64,000 bases of DNA, taken from NCBI GenBank assembly GCA_024231215.1, contig JAAEQR010000195.1, positions 298,488 to 362,487 of the forward strand, in the 5' to 3' direction. Below, piece after piece: positions 1 to 10,307 of this stretch. Position 1 is the stretch's first letter, and each line of letters begins with the position of its first letter. The notes beneath the pieces are model-generated. The model had not been told where the DNA came from. It saw only the letters and a program-made list of their open reading frames with translations, and made no database searches. The DNA is from PVC group bacterium (GTDB lineage Bacteria; Omnitrophota; Gorgyraeia; B26-G9). Position numbers and translations under genes: made by a program.

Positions 1-537
1 TCCGGGGGGCCATATTTAGGGTTTATGGCGGCGAAAAAAGAATATGTGCGGAAAATGCCAGGTCGGATAGTTGGTCAGACACTGGATAAGCAAGGTAAAA
101 AAGGTTTTGTGCTTACTCTTCAAGCTCGGGAACAGCATATTCGCAGAGAAAAGGCTACTTCAAATATTTGTTCAAATGAAGCATTGTGTGCATTACGTGC
201 GGTGGTTTATCTTTCTCTTTTAGGTAAAGAGGGGGTTAGGGAATTGGCTGAAACAGTTTATCGAACTGCTGAGTTTGCCAAAGATATTTTAGATAAGGTT
301 CAGGGGGTAACGGTTAAGCGAAGTTCTCCGACATTTAATGAATTCACGATATTGTTGCCTAAGAACGCTAATGAGGTAGTTAACCAGATGGTTGATAAGG
401 GCTTTGCCTGTGGATTTCCCTTAGGACGTTTTTATAAAGGTCTGGATAATTATTTATTGGTAACGGTTACGGAAAAAAGGACAAAAGAAGAAATTATAAA
501 GTTTGCGGAAAGTTTAGAGGCTGTTTTATGCAGTTAA
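1..537 (+). CDS. gcvPA: Glycine dehydrogenase (decarboxylating) subunit 1, 5'-truncated by window edge
   Basis: LTLQAREQHIRREKATSNICSN motif; frame open from base 1; overlaps gcvPB start. Confidence 0.95.
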   Translation, partial: SGGPYLGFMAAKKEYVRKMPGRIVGQTLDKQGKKGFVLTLQAREQHIRREKATSNICSNEALCALRAVVYLSLLGKEGVRELAETVYRTAEFAKDILDKVQGVTVKRSSPTFNEFTILLPKNANEVVNQMVDKGFACGFPLGRFYKGLDNYLLVTVTEKRTKEEIIKFAESLEAVLCS

Positions 538-1979
538 TATTTGAGAAAAGTGTGAAGGAACGCAGAGGAGTAAGATTACCTAAAGGGTGTTCTTATGAAA
601 AAGCGAAGTTTCCTGAAAAATATAGCCGTAAGAAAGCATTGAATCTGCCGGAAGTTTCTGAGCTGGATGTGGTTCGTCATTATTCTAATTTATCAAAAAT
701 GAATTTTAGCGTGGATACCAATTTTTATCCTTTGGGATCATGTACAATGAAATATAATCCGAAATTTACGGAAAAGGTAGCGAAATTAGAAGGGTTTTTA
801 AACTTACATCCATTACTTCCGCAGCTTATTGGTGGTGGGATGCTTACTCAGGGATCTTTGGAAGTTGTATATCGTACGGAACATTTACTGTGTGAAATTA
901 CGGGCATGGAAGCTTTTACTATGCAGCCTTTAGCCGGAGCACACGGAGAACTTACCGGAGCGATGATCATCGCGGCTTATCACAAACAGCAAGGGCGAAA
1001 GCGAAAATTTGTTATTGTGCCTGATTCTTCGCATGGAACTAATCCTGCCAGCGCAGCGATTGCCGGTTATGAAGTTATTGTTGTTCCGACGGATGAAACC
1101 GGATGTATGGATTTAACATTGTTTAAAGAAAAACTTAATGAAGATATTGCAGCAGTAATGTTGACTTGTCCTAACACAGTGGGTGTTTTTAATCCGCAAA
1201 TAAAAGAAATTTGTGACGCAGCACATAAAGTAGGTGCTTTAGTGTATTATGATGGTGCTAATTTAAATGCGATTATGGGTAAGGCACGGCCGGGAGATAT
1301 TGGTTTTGATATTGTGCATGTTAATTTGCATAAGACTTTTGCTACTCCTCATGGCGGCGGCGGTCCGGGAGCAGGTCCGGTAGGTGTTAATGCTAAATTA
1401 AAGGAATTTTTGCCTATTCCTCAGATTGTAAAGCGCTCTGACGGCACATTTGCCTTAAGGTATAATCGTCCGAAATCGATTGGGTTTATGGCTCCGTTTA
1501 ATGGTAATTTCAGCGTGATTCTTAAGAGCTATGCATATATAATGCTTCTGGGAAAAACCGGCTTGATAAAAGTTTCTGAAATGGCGGTATTAAACGCAAA
1601 TTATTGTCGTGTATTGCTTGAAAAACATTTTAAAATTGCCTATGACAGAATATGTATGCATGAATTTGTAATATCAGCTCAACCGCAAAAGGAAAAGGGA
1701 GCAAGTGCACTTGATATTGCAAAATATTTGATAGAGAAAGGAATACATCCTCCTACGGTTTATTTTCCTTTGATTGTAAAAGAAGCGCTTATGATCGAAC
1801 CCACAGAGACAGAATCAAAAGAAACTCTGGATTCTTTTGTCGAAGTTATGATTGAAATTGCGAAGCTTATTGAGAAAGACCCTCAGCAGCTTAGCGATGT
1901 TCCCCGGAACACTCCGGTTACCAGGCTTGACGAGACAAAGGCAGCACGCGATCTTAACCTGCGGTGGAAATCGGAATGA
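528..1979 (+). CDS. gcvPB: Glycine dehydrogenase subunit 2
   Basis: YPLGSCTMKYNP, HGTNPASA and PLP-lysine motif NLHKTFATPHGGGGPG. Confidence 0.97.
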   Translation: MQLIFEKSVKERRGVRLPKGCSYEKAKFPEKYSRKKALNLPEVSELDVVRHYSNLSKMNFSVDTNFYPLGSCTMKYNPKFTEKVAKLEGFLNLHPLLPQLIGGGMLTQGSLEVVYRTEHLLCEITGMEAFTMQPLAGAHGELTGAMIIAAYHKQQGRKRKFVIVPDSSHGTNPASAAIAGYEVIVVPTDETGCMDLTLFKEKLNEDIAAVMLTCPNTVGVFNPQIKEICDAAHKVGALVYYDGANLNAIMGKARPGDIGFDIVHVNLHKTFATPHGGGGPGAGPVGVNAKLKEFLPIPQIVKRSDGTFALRYNRPKSIGFMAPFNGNFSVILKSYAYIMLLGKTGLIKVSEMAVLNANYCRVLLEKHFKIAYDRICMHEFVISAQPQKEKGASALDIAKYLIEKGIHPPTVYFPLIVKEALMIEPTETESKETLDSFVEVMIEIAKLIEKDPQQLSDVPRNTPVTRLDETKAARDLNLRWKSE

Positions 1980-2797
1980 CCAATTGGCGGCTTATATTAT
2001 CCCAAAACAATACCCCACATGCTAATATGGCAACGGATGAAGCTATTCTGAAGGCGTATGCTGCCGGTAAAGCACCCCCCACTTTAAGAATTTACAGCTG
2101 GAAACCAGAGAGCATTTCATTGGGGTATTTTCAAAAAGCAAAAGAAGTATTAAATACGAAACGATGTCTTGACCAGAGTGTGCTTTTTGTGCGTAGAATT
2201 ACCGGAGGAGAGGCTATTTTTCATGGAGATGATCTTACGTACAGCATTATATGCTCGAAAGATGATTTGGTTTTACCCGAGTCAGTAAAAGAAAGTTTTA
2301 AAACGATTTCTTCTTTTCTAATTAATGCTTATAAAGCTATGGGGTTAGAAGCTGCTTTTTCTTGTGAGAATCAAGATGTAGTTGCGCCAATTATGTTTGA
2401 GTCAAGAAAACGATCTGATTTTTGTTTTGCGGCTAATCAGGACTTTGATATTACGATAAAAGGAAAAAAGATAGGCGGCAATGCACAAAAAAGAAGAAGA
2501 AACATGATTTTTCAACACGGTTCTATTCCTTTATCTTTGGATATTAATAGGATATCGTTATTTTTAAGAGAAAACTTAAAGGATGTAAAGGATCGTGTTA
2601 TTTCCCTGAGCGATGCGGCTGGTAGAAAGATCAGTTTTGATGATTTTTCGGAAATAATCATTAAATCATTTCAGAAAACATTCGGATTGGAACTTAATAT
2701 TGATAAACTGACGGATGAAGAATTGCAGGTTGCAAATACATTGAGCAGAGAAAAGTACGAAAATAAAGAATGGAACTATTCAGCCGATTATGATTAA
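1976..2797 (+). CDS. Lipoate-protein ligase/octanoyltransferase (LplA/LipM family)
   Basis: NMATDEAIL, VRRITGGEAIFH, KKIGGNAQ, QHGSI motifs; between gcvP and lipA. Confidence 0.9.
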   Translation: MTNWRLILSQNNTPHANMATDEAILKAYAAGKAPPTLRIYSWKPESISLGYFQKAKEVLNTKRCLDQSVLFVRRITGGEAIFHGDDLTYSIICSKDDLVLPESVKESFKTISSFLINAYKAMGLEAAFSCENQDVVAPIMFESRKRSDFCFAANQDFDITIKGKKIGGNAQKRRRNMIFQHGSIPLSLDINRISLFLRENLKDVKDRVISLSDAAGRKISFDDFSEIIIKSFQKTFGLELNIDKLTDEELQVANTLSREKYENKEWNYSADYD

Positions 2798-3644
2798 TCT
2801 TTCCGATTCCAGAAAGAAACCTGCCTGGCTTAATAAGAAAATAAACCTTAAAGATTGTCAAAAGCTTCATGGACTTTTTAAAGACCTGGAATTAAATACA
2901 ATTTGCCGGGAAGCTATGTGTCCAAATATCTCTGAGTGTTTTTCTTGCGGTGTGGCAACTTTTCTTATTCTGGGGAATACTTGTACCAGAAAGTGTAAGT
3001 TTTGTAATGTAAAAAAGGGGATGCCTCAGGAAATTGACCAGACAGAACCAAGTCGTGTAGCTCAGGCTGTAAAAAAACTAGGGTTAAAACATGTAGTTGT
3101 TACCAGTGTGACCAGGGATGATTTAACGGACGGCGGAGCTGGTGTATTTGCGCAGACGATTCAGACTATTCATAAGCTTGAATCTGCAGCAGTAGAAGTA
3201 CTTGTGCCTGATTTTAAGGGGGAATTAGCGTCTATAGAAACTGTGCTTAAGGCAAAGCCTGAGATATTCGCACATAACTTAGAAACAGTTCCTAGGTTAT
3301 ATGAAGACGTAAGAAAAGGCGCAGATTATCAGCGTTCTTTAGATGTTTTAAGAATAGCTAAGCAAATAGCTCCTGAGATATATACGAAATCAGGGATCAT
3401 GCTTGGAATCGGCGAGACAGAAGAAGAAGTGATTGCTGTCTTAGCTGATTTGCGAGAAACAGGATGTGATTTTCTAAGTATCGGTCAGTATTTAGCGCCC
3501 AGCCACAGTCATTTTCCGGTAAAAGAATTTATCAAGCCGGAACAATTTAAAATATATCAGGATAAAGCATATGAGATAGGTTTTTGGCATGTGGAGAGTG
3601 GGCCTTATGTGCGCAGTTCATATATGGCTTCGCGATATATTTAG
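2790..3644 (+). CDS. lipA: Lipoyl synthase
   Basis: CREAMCPNISEC and CTRKCKFC clusters, C-terminal GPYVRSSY. Confidence 0.97.
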   Translation: MINLSDSRKKPAWLNKKINLKDCQKLHGLFKDLELNTICREAMCPNISECFSCGVATFLILGNTCTRKCKFCNVKKGMPQEIDQTEPSRVAQAVKKLGLKHVVVTSVTRDDLTDGGAGVFAQTIQTIHKLESAAVEVLVPDFKGELASIETVLKAKPEIFAHNLETVPRLYEDVRKGADYQRSLDVLRIAKQIAPEIYTKSGIMLGIGETEEEVIAVLADLRETGCDFLSIGQYLAPSHSHFPVKEFIKPEQFKIYQDKAYEIGFWHVESGPYVRSSYMASRYI

Positions 3645-3653
3645 GGAGTGCTG

Positions 3654-3715
3654 CTAAATACCCACAAAAATGCCTTGTATCGGGCTTAGTGAAAAGACGT
3701 GTTTTTGCGCTTTAG
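3654..3715. repeat. Short, internally deleted relative of the 29345..29479 MITE-like element, between convergent lipA and ispH
   Basis: 3681..3711 CGGGCTTAGTGAAAAGACGTGTTTTTGCGCT matches 29445..29475 at 29/31 nt. Confidence 0.65.
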
Positions 3716-3743
3716 ATATGTGCGTGGTTTAATTATTTTTATC

Positions 3744-4580
3744 CTACAATTTTTTAATCTCTGCTACGACTGCTTTTGTGGTTTCATCCGGGGTGGATGC
3801 TCCGGAGGTGATGCCTACACTTTTCACACCTTTAAACCAGCTTGGGTTGATATCATTTTTTGATTGTATCCAATAACTTTTTTTATTCAAAGATTTTGAT
3901 AGTTCATAAAGCCTTTTAGTGTTGGCGCTAGTTTTTGATCCCACGACAATTACAAGATCATTTTTAAGAGGCATGATTTTCATTTCCTGTTGTTTGATTC
4001 GGGTGGGATTACAGATTGTATTGTGAAATTCTAAATTGGCTATGTATTGTTTTAAGGTTTCTACTATTGCCAGAGTTTTTTCCATATTCCTTGTCGATTG
4101 AACAACTATTGCGGCTTTTTTTATGCGTTTAATTTTTGTTAAGGGTATGTTTTCTAAACGATCGATTACAATGGGATTTTTTTTAAGCTGGCCGATAATC
4201 CCGCGAACTTCATCATGTTTTTGGTCGCCAACAATAATGATTGTACAACCTTTTTTTTCTGCCTTTTTGGCAATCATGTGTATTTCTTTTACCATGGGGC
4301 AGGTTGAATCGATTATTTTATAGCCAAGGCTTTTTGCTTTTTGATGGGTTTTTGCCGGAGCACCGTGTGCGCGGATTAAAAGAGTTTTGCTTGCCCCTTT
4401 GCGCAGGCGGCTTATTTTTTTTATGCCGGCCTGGCTGATTTGTTTTACGACATCTTCGTTATGTACAATGTCACCAAGCATATCTATATTCGCGCCTGAA
4501 TCAACTGATTTAAAAGCGATATTTAAGGCGTGTTTTACGCCAAAACAGAATCCTGCGGATTTAGCAATATTTATCTTCAT
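3744..4580 (-). CDS. ispH: 4-hydroxy-3-methylbut-2-enyl diphosphate reductase
   Basis: AGFCFGV, IVHN, RAHG, TCPMV, TICNPT, SANT and GASTP motifs. Confidence 0.96.
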   Translation of the reverse strand: MKINIAKSAGFCFGVKHALNIAFKSVDSGANIDMLGDIVHNEDVVKQISQAGIKKISRLRKGASKTLLIRAHGAPAKTHQKAKSLGYKIIDSTCPMVKEIHMIAKKAEKKGCTIIIVGDQKHDEVRGIIGQLKKNPIVIDRLENIPLTKIKRIKKAAIVVQSTRNMEKTLAIVETLKQYIANLEFHNTICNPTRIKQQEMKIMPLKNDLVIVVGSKTSANTKRLYELSKSLNKKSYWIQSKNDINPSWFKGVKSVGITSGASTPDETTKAVVAEIKKL

Positions 4581-4634
4581 ATATGTTTCTTGTTATATCA
4601 GAGGGGCTTATCACTGTCAAGCGGTATATAGGCC

Positions 4635-4690
4635 TTGACAAGTCTCGTGAAATATGTTAGACTTGCCTAACATAGGAAGGTAAGCCTAAC
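4635..4690 (+). promoter_or_regulatory. Sigma70-type promoter overlapped by DtxR/MntR-like operator
   Basis: TTGACA 4635..4640, TAGACT 4658..4663; inverted repeat ATGTTAG-N6-CTAACAT 4654..4673; second GCCTAAC 4684..4690. Confidence 0.7.
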
Positions 4691-4707
4691 TTTAGGAGTG
4701 GATTGAT

Positions 4708-5109
4708 ATGAAAATAAAGACAGTAAAGAGATTAAGTTCGAACATGGAAGATTATTTAGAAACGATTGTATCTCTAAAAAAATCTAAAGGCATAGCGCGG
4801 GTAAAAGATATTAGTGATTTGATGAAAGTAAAAAAGCCGAGTGTGACCAGTGCTTTAAATATGCTTTCTCAGAATGGGTTGGTTATTCACGAGAGGTATA
4901 GTTATGTTGAGCTTACCGAAGAAGGGGAAAGGGTCGCTCAGAATGTGCAGAAGCGTCATAATATGCTGATTAGTTTCTTGGTTGATGTTCTTAAGGTTGA
5001 TGAGCAGACTGCGGCAAAAGATGCTTGCCGTATGGAGCATGCGATTAGTCCTCAAACACATGAAAAATTAAATAAATTTTTAGATAAAGTAAAACGGAGG
5101 AAATCATAA
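4708..5109 (+). CDS. DtxR/MntR family metal-dependent transcriptional regulator
   Basis: MEDYLETI, KKPSVT helix-turn-helix, DACRMEHAIS metal-site motif. Confidence 0.93.
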   Translation: MKIKTVKRLSSNMEDYLETIVSLKKSKGIARVKDISDLMKVKKPSVTSALNMLSQNGLVIHERYSYVELTEEGERVAQNVQKRHNMLISFLVDVLKVDEQTAAKDACRMEHAISPQTHEKLNKFLDKVKRRKS

Positions 5110-5342
5110 TGGCAGATGCATTGATGCCTTTATTTAATGTGCCGGAGGGGAAGGAAGTAACAGTAACCGAGATTGGTGGAGGCCAGGCTTTAAGAAGACG
5201 TCTTACGGCTATGGGGTTGAATGAGGGCGTGAAATTAAAAGTATTACATTCTCATGGCCGGGGGGCTTGTGTGATTTTAGTGCAAAATACACGTTTGATG
5301 CTGGGGCATGGGATGGCACATAAAATTATGGTAAAAGGATAA
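5109..5342 (+). CDS. feoA: Ferrous iron transport protein A
   Basis: RRLTAMGL..G SH3-like FeoA signature, upstream of feoB. Confidence 0.92.
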   Translation: MADALMPLFNVPEGKEVTVTEIGGGQALRRRLTAMGLNEGVKLKVLHSHGRGACVILVQNTRLMLGHGMAHKIMVKG

Positions 5343-5346
5343 AATT

Positions 5347-7482
5347 ATGGCTAAGAAAATAACCATAGCTTTAGCAGGTAATCCGAATTCCGGAAAGACT
5401 ACCGTGTTTAATAATCTTACCGGTCAACACAGGCATATTGGGAATTATCCGGGAGTAACGGTCGAAAAAATAGAGGGCCGGCTAAATTACAATGGGTATC
5501 AGATAAGAGTAATTGATTTGCCCGGTACGTATAGTTTGACAGCACATTCGATTGATGAAATCATTGCCCGCAATTTTGTCTTAGAAGAAAAACCGGATGT
5601 TGTTATTAATATTATTGATGCTTCTAATCTGGAACGCAACTTATATCTTACAACTCAGTTTATGGAATTAGGAGTGCCGTTAGTTCTGGTCTTGAATATG
5701 TATGATGTTGCGCAAAAACACGGAGTAACTGTTAATGAGCAGCGTTTTTCGGAACTTTTAGGTAATCCTGTTGTTTTTAGTGTAGCGACAAAAAAAGAAA
5801 GGATGCATGCGTTTCTGGATGCGGCAATTGATTTGGTTGAGGGCAAGAACATATTTGCAAAGACATCGATTGGATATGGGGCAGACATCCAGGCTGAGCT
5901 GAAGAAGATAGAAGATGTTTTAGTCCAGGATAAACTTATCTTGGAAAAATATCCTTCTTCCTGGTTAGCTATAAAACTATTGGAGAAAGATGACGAAGTT
6001 TTAAGAAAGATAAAGAAAAGCAAGTATGCGGATGAAGTTCTGGAACAGTCAGAGCAAAGCATCCAGTATCTGGAGGGTATTTTTAATGATACCCCGGAAG
6101 CGATAATCGCTGATGGCCGCTATGGATTTATTAGCGGGGCATGTTCAGAAGCGGTAGGTCTCAATTATGAATTAAGACATAGTGTTTCTGATAAGATAGA
6201 TGGTTTTTTGATAAATAAATTTTTAGGTCTTCCGATCTTTCTGGGATTGATGTGGATTGTGTTTAAACTGACATTTACGGTAAGTATCCCGCTTATGAAT
6301 TTGATTGAATCAGGCGTGGGGGGCGTTGCTGCGTTAGTTGGTAGTTTATTCCCGGCGGAAACAGCTTTAAAATCGTTAATTGTTGATGGGGTTATTTCCG
6401 GGGTGGGAAGTGTTTTGGTATTCTTGCCGATAATATTGATTGTATTTTTAGCCATGGCCTTTTTAGAAGGGTCAGGTTATATGGCGCGGGCAGCATTTAT
6501 TATGGACAGATTAATGCATAAGATTGGATTACACGGCAGATCTTTTATCCCTATGCTTTTAGGTTTTGGTTGTAATGTTCCGGCGATTATGGCGGCACGG
6601 TCAATAGAAGACAAGAAAGACCGGATGGTCACTATATTAGTGAATTCATTTATGAGCTGCGGAGCACGTTTGCCGGTATATGCCTTATTTATTGCTGCAT
6701 TTTTCCCTCAGGATATGGCGGGCAATGTTTTATTTTCTCTTTATCTGCTAGGGATGTTGGTAGCGGTTCTGATCGCTAAACTTTTTAGAAAATATTTATT
6801 TCGTGGTGAAGCAGCACCTTTTGTTATGGAACTTCCGCCATACCGTATGCCGACGGTGAAAAGTATTTTGATTCATATGTGGGACAAGGCGGCGATGTAT
6901 CTTAAAAAAGCCGGGACAATTATTTTTGCCGGGTGTGTTATTGTTTGGTTTTTGAGTAATTATCCTCAGGATGTTTCTTATTCTCGGAATTATGATGCTT
7001 TGCTGCAGTCGCAAAAAGGTTATATTGAACAGATTGTGGAATTGGAAAAACAAAGAGAAGCTGAAAAACTGAAAAAAAGTTACGCTGGTTCATTGGGCAG
7101 ACTTACGGTTCCTATTTTTCGTCCGCTGGGATTCGGTGACTGGAGACTGTCGGTAGCTTTGATTAGTGGTATTGTTGGCAAGGAAATTGTTGTTGGGACG
7201 TTGGGAACATTATATGCGGTAGGAGATGATTCTGCGGCATTAGGCCGTGCTTTAAGGAATATAGAAAGGACTGACGGAAGTAAGTTGTTTACGCCTTTGG
7301 TCGCATATTCATTTATGGTGTTTGTTTTGCTTTATATACCCTGCATGGCAACTATTGCAGTGATTAAACAAGAAACAAATTCCTGGCTCTGGGCATTGTT
7401 TGCGGTTTTTTATACAACGGGAGTGGCTTGGGTAGCTTCGTTTGTTATTTATCAAGGCGGGAGACTTATTGGGTTTCAATAA
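5347..7482 (+). CDS. feoB: Ferrous iron transport protein B
   Basis: GNPNSGKT, GNYPGVTVE, DLPGTYSL G-domain; GFGCNVP and FVMELPPY membrane motifs. Confidence 0.97.
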   Translation: MAKKITIALAGNPNSGKTTVFNNLTGQHRHIGNYPGVTVEKIEGRLNYNGYQIRVIDLPGTYSLTAHSIDEIIARNFVLEEKPDVVINIIDASNLERNLYLTTQFMELGVPLVLVLNMYDVAQKHGVTVNEQRFSELLGNPVVFSVATKKERMHAFLDAAIDLVEGKNIFAKTSIGYGADIQAELKKIEDVLVQDKLILEKYPSSWLAIKLLEKDDEVLRKIKKSKYADEVLEQSEQSIQYLEGIFNDTPEAIIADGRYGFISGACSEAVGLNYELRHSVSDKIDGFLINKFLGLPIFLGLMWIVFKLTFTVSIPLMNLIESGVGGVAALVGSLFPAETALKSLIVDGVISGVGSVLVFLPIILIVFLAMAFLEGSGYMARAAFIMDRLMHKIGLHGRSFIPMLLGFGCNVPAIMAARSIEDKKDRMVTILVNSFMSCGARLPVYALFIAAFFPQDMAGNVLFSLYLLGMLVAVLIAKLFRKYLFRGEAAPFVMELPPYRMPTVKSILIHMWDKAAMYLKKAGTIIFAGCVIVWFLSNYPQDVSYSRNYDALLQSQKGYIEQIVELEKQREAEKLKKSYAGSLGRLTVPIFRPLGFGDWRLSVALISGIVGKEIVVGTLGTLYAVGDDSAALGRALRNIERTDGSKLFTPLVAYSFMVFVLLYIPCMATIAVIKQETNSWLWALFAVFYTTGVAWVASFVIYQGGRLIGFQ

Positions 7483-7539
7483 TAATTTTTATACAGTTTA
7501 ACATTGAACAAAAAGGTTTATACTGATATTATAGTTACC

Positions 7540-8322
7540 ATGAAAAAAATATTTAGTTTCACATTTTTACTATTGTTAAGTTTAATCCTTAGTTCTTGTG
7601 TTAGTACGGCGACACAGCCGCCGGTAACAAGCACACCTGTTCCTAAATCAGTTTATCGACCGCCCTCACCTAAACTTGTTACTCCTCCGAATATTACTTC
7701 TGTTAGAAAAAATATTACTCATGTTGTTGCTCCGGGAGAAACAGTATGGCGTATAAGCAAGATGTATGATGTTCAGATAAAAGATATCGTCAGGGCAAAT
7801 AGTCTTAAGAACGAGAGAGAATTGGAAATGGGGCAGCGGTTGCGTATTCCTGGTGCTTGTCCGGTAAAACCAATAATCTCTTTATATCCTTCTAAAAAAT
7901 GGAAATATATTATTATTCATCACAGTGCTACAGGTGAGGGAGGAGCATTACAATTTCATCGGGGGCATACAAGTAAGGGCTGGGATAGTTTAGGGTATCA
8001 TTTTGTGATTGATAATGGTACCAGCAGTAAATGTGACGGACAGATAGAAACTTCACCGCGATGGCTTAAACAGCAGAACGGTGCGCATTGCAAGGCCGCA
8101 AGCATGAACCATAAAGCAATCGGGATATGTCTGGTGGGTAATTTCAGCAAAGAGCGTGTTACAAAAAAACAGATGGAATCATTGCTTTATCTGGTTAACC
8201 AATTAAAAAAATACTATAAAATACCGCGTCGGAATATCATAGGACACGGAAAGGTCAAAGGGGCAACAACTGAATGTCCCGGCAAAAAATTCCCCTGGAA
8301 AACTTTTTGGTCTAACCTTTAG
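7540..8322 (+). CDS. Lipoprotein with LysM and Amidase_2 (N-acetylmuramoyl-L-alanine amidase) domains
   Basis: Lipobox LSSC; LysM HVVAPGETVWRIS; IIIHHSA, GYHF, GAHC, IIGH...TECPG. Confidence 0.9.
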   Translation: MKKIFSFTFLLLLSLILSSCVSTATQPPVTSTPVPKSVYRPPSPKLVTPPNITSVRKNITHVVAPGETVWRISKMYDVQIKDIVRANSLKNERELEMGQRLRIPGACPVKPIISLYPSKKWKYIIIHHSATGEGGALQFHRGHTSKGWDSLGYHFVIDNGTSSKCDGQIETSPRWLKQQNGAHCKAASMNHKAIGICLVGNFSKERVTKKQMESLLYLVNQLKKYYKIPRRNIIGHGKVKGATTECPGKKFPWKTFWSNL

Positions 8323-8330
8323 TTTCTTTT

Positions 8331-9248
8331 ATGCAAAAATATTATTATTCCTTCAAAGATTATCTCGCTCAACAGTTTAATACTCGTGTCCATAGAATTA
8401 GTTTGAATGCGGGTTTTAGCTGTCCTAACCGTGACGGAACTTTAAGCAGTCAAGGGTGTGTTTTTTGTAATGAAAAAGGATTTTCTCATTTTGCAGAGAC
8501 AAATTTTGCGCTTGAAGAACAAATTGGGAAATCTATGGATATATTTCGCTATCGGTTTAAAGCGAATAAATTTATTGCTTATTTTCAAAATGGGTCTAAT
8601 ACCTACGCGGACGCCAAGGACTTAAAAAAAAAGTATGATGTTATAAAAACATTTCCTGATATTGTGGGATTGATGATCTCTACCCGCCCTGATTGTATCG
8701 ATAAAGAAAAATTGGATCTTATCCAAAGTTATACCGATAAATATGATGTTTGGATCGAGTATGGAATACAAAGTATTCATGACCGCACGCTGGATTTCAT
8801 TAACCGGAAGCATTCTGCACAGCAGTTTATAGAGGCAGTAGAACAAACTGCTAAAAGAAACATAAAGATAAGTGCGCATGTTATTTTAGGCCTTCCCGGA
8901 GAATCGAAATCAGATATGCTCAAGACGGCTGATGTTTTGGCAAAACTTCCGATTACAGGTGTTAAGCTGCATGTTATGCATATCTTGCGGGATACTAAGC
9001 TGCATGTTCTTTATGAGCAGGGGGGTATGAAATTATTAGAGTCTCAGGAATATATAGATATTGTTTGCGATTGGCTGGAACGTATATCTTCTGATTGTGT
9101 GATTATGCGTTTGGGGGCTATTGCCGGTAGAGATGTTCTTATTGCTCCAAAATGGATCAACCTAAAACAGAACATGTTGCAGAATATAGAGTTGGAATTT
9201 AAACGTAGGGGGACAATGCAGGGAAGTAAATATAAGGGCAAGGGGTAG
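8331..9248 (+). CDS. TIGR01212/YhcC-family radical SAM protein
   Basis: CPNRDG...GCVFC, YFQ...NTY, TRPDC motifs. Confidence 0.9.
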   Translation: MQKYYYSFKDYLAQQFNTRVHRISLNAGFSCPNRDGTLSSQGCVFCNEKGFSHFAETNFALEEQIGKSMDIFRYRFKANKFIAYFQNGSNTYADAKDLKKKYDVIKTFPDIVGLMISTRPDCIDKEKLDLIQSYTDKYDVWIEYGIQSIHDRTLDFINRKHSAQQFIEAVEQTAKRNIKISAHVILGLPGESKSDMLKTADVLAKLPITGVKLHVMHILRDTKLHVLYEQGGMKLLESQEYIDIVCDWLERISSDCVIMRLGAIAGRDVLIAPKWINLKQNMLQNIELEFKRRGTMQGSKYKGKG

Positions 9249-9281
9249 TATTGTAGGGGAATTCTGTGTATAATATTAGCT

Positions 9282-10307
9282 ATGGTAAAAAAGCACATAG
9301 ACCTCTCTAAAATTACTGAGGAAGAACTGCTTGATCTAAGGGTTCGCGACTTACCTTTATCTATAACCGGGACATGGCTCCAGGAGTGTGTAACCCATAT
9401 TTACTCAGAATTGGAGGCCAAGGGAATACTTTTTAAGCCTGAATGTTATCTGGCAGATGAGTGGCTTACCCCCGATGGTGAGCCGGTAGTGGGAGTTCCA
9501 TTCTTTTTAGCGCATCCTGCGCTTATGAAATTAGAAAAAAAGTTTATGCTTGATGTGGAGGGTGGCACTAAACACTGGTGTATGAAATTATTGCGCCATG
9601 AAACAGGTCATGCTATAAATTATGCTTACAAACTGCATAAAAAAAAGAAATGGCGTAAAATTTTCGGGCCTTTTAGTCAGGAATATGCGGATACTTATAA
9701 ATACCGGCCGTATAGCAAAAGCTTTGTGCGGCATTTGGAGGATTATTATGCACAGTATCATCCGGATGAAGACTTTGCTGAGACTTTTGCTGTGTGGCTT
9801 ACGCCTCATCATAACTGGCGTGCAAAATATAAAGGATGGAAAGCTCTGGCTAAGCTACAGTATGTAGAAGAGCTGATGCAGAAGATAAAACAAGAAGAAC
9901 CAATGCATAAAAAAGGCAAAAAATGCTGGCAGGCAGCGTGTCTAAAAATAACTTTAAAGAATTATTATAAGAAAAAAAGACGTTTTTGCGCAGAGGATTT
10001 TCCTGATTTTCATGATATAAATTTAAAGAGAATTTTTAATGAAAAGAACGATGAAAATAAAAAATGTCTACCTGCGTCTAAGCTGATTGCTGCGCATAGA
10101 AAAAATATCATAAGCAGTGTATATGTTTGGACGGGCGAAAAGAAATATATGATCAACGATGTTTTAAAAACTCTAATGACCAGATGTAAAGAGCTTGATC
10201 TAGTTATGGTGGATCCAGAAGCTGTAGCGATTTTGCGGTTTTCAACATATGTTTCTACCTTGATTATGAACTATATGTATACAGGTAAATTGCGGGGTGA
10301 TAAATGA
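9282..10307 (+). CDS. Putative zinc-binding metallopeptidase (zincin-like)
   Basis: LRHETGHA (HExxH) and YAQYHPDEDFAETFAVWL. Confidence 0.8.
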   Translation: MVKKHIDLSKITEEELLDLRVRDLPLSITGTWLQECVTHIYSELEAKGILFKPECYLADEWLTPDGEPVVGVPFFLAHPALMKLEKKFMLDVEGGTKHWCMKLLRHETGHAINYAYKLHKKKKWRKIFGPFSQEYADTYKYRPYSKSFVRHLEDYYAQYHPDEDFAETFAVWLTPHHNWRAKYKGWKALAKLQYVEELMQKIKQEEPMHKKGKKCWQAACLKITLKNYYKKKRRFCAEDFPDFHDINLKRIFNEKNDENKKCLPASKLIAAHRKNIISSVYVWTGEKKYMINDVLKTLMTRCKELDLVMVDPEAVAILRFSTYVSTLIMNYMYTGKLRGDK

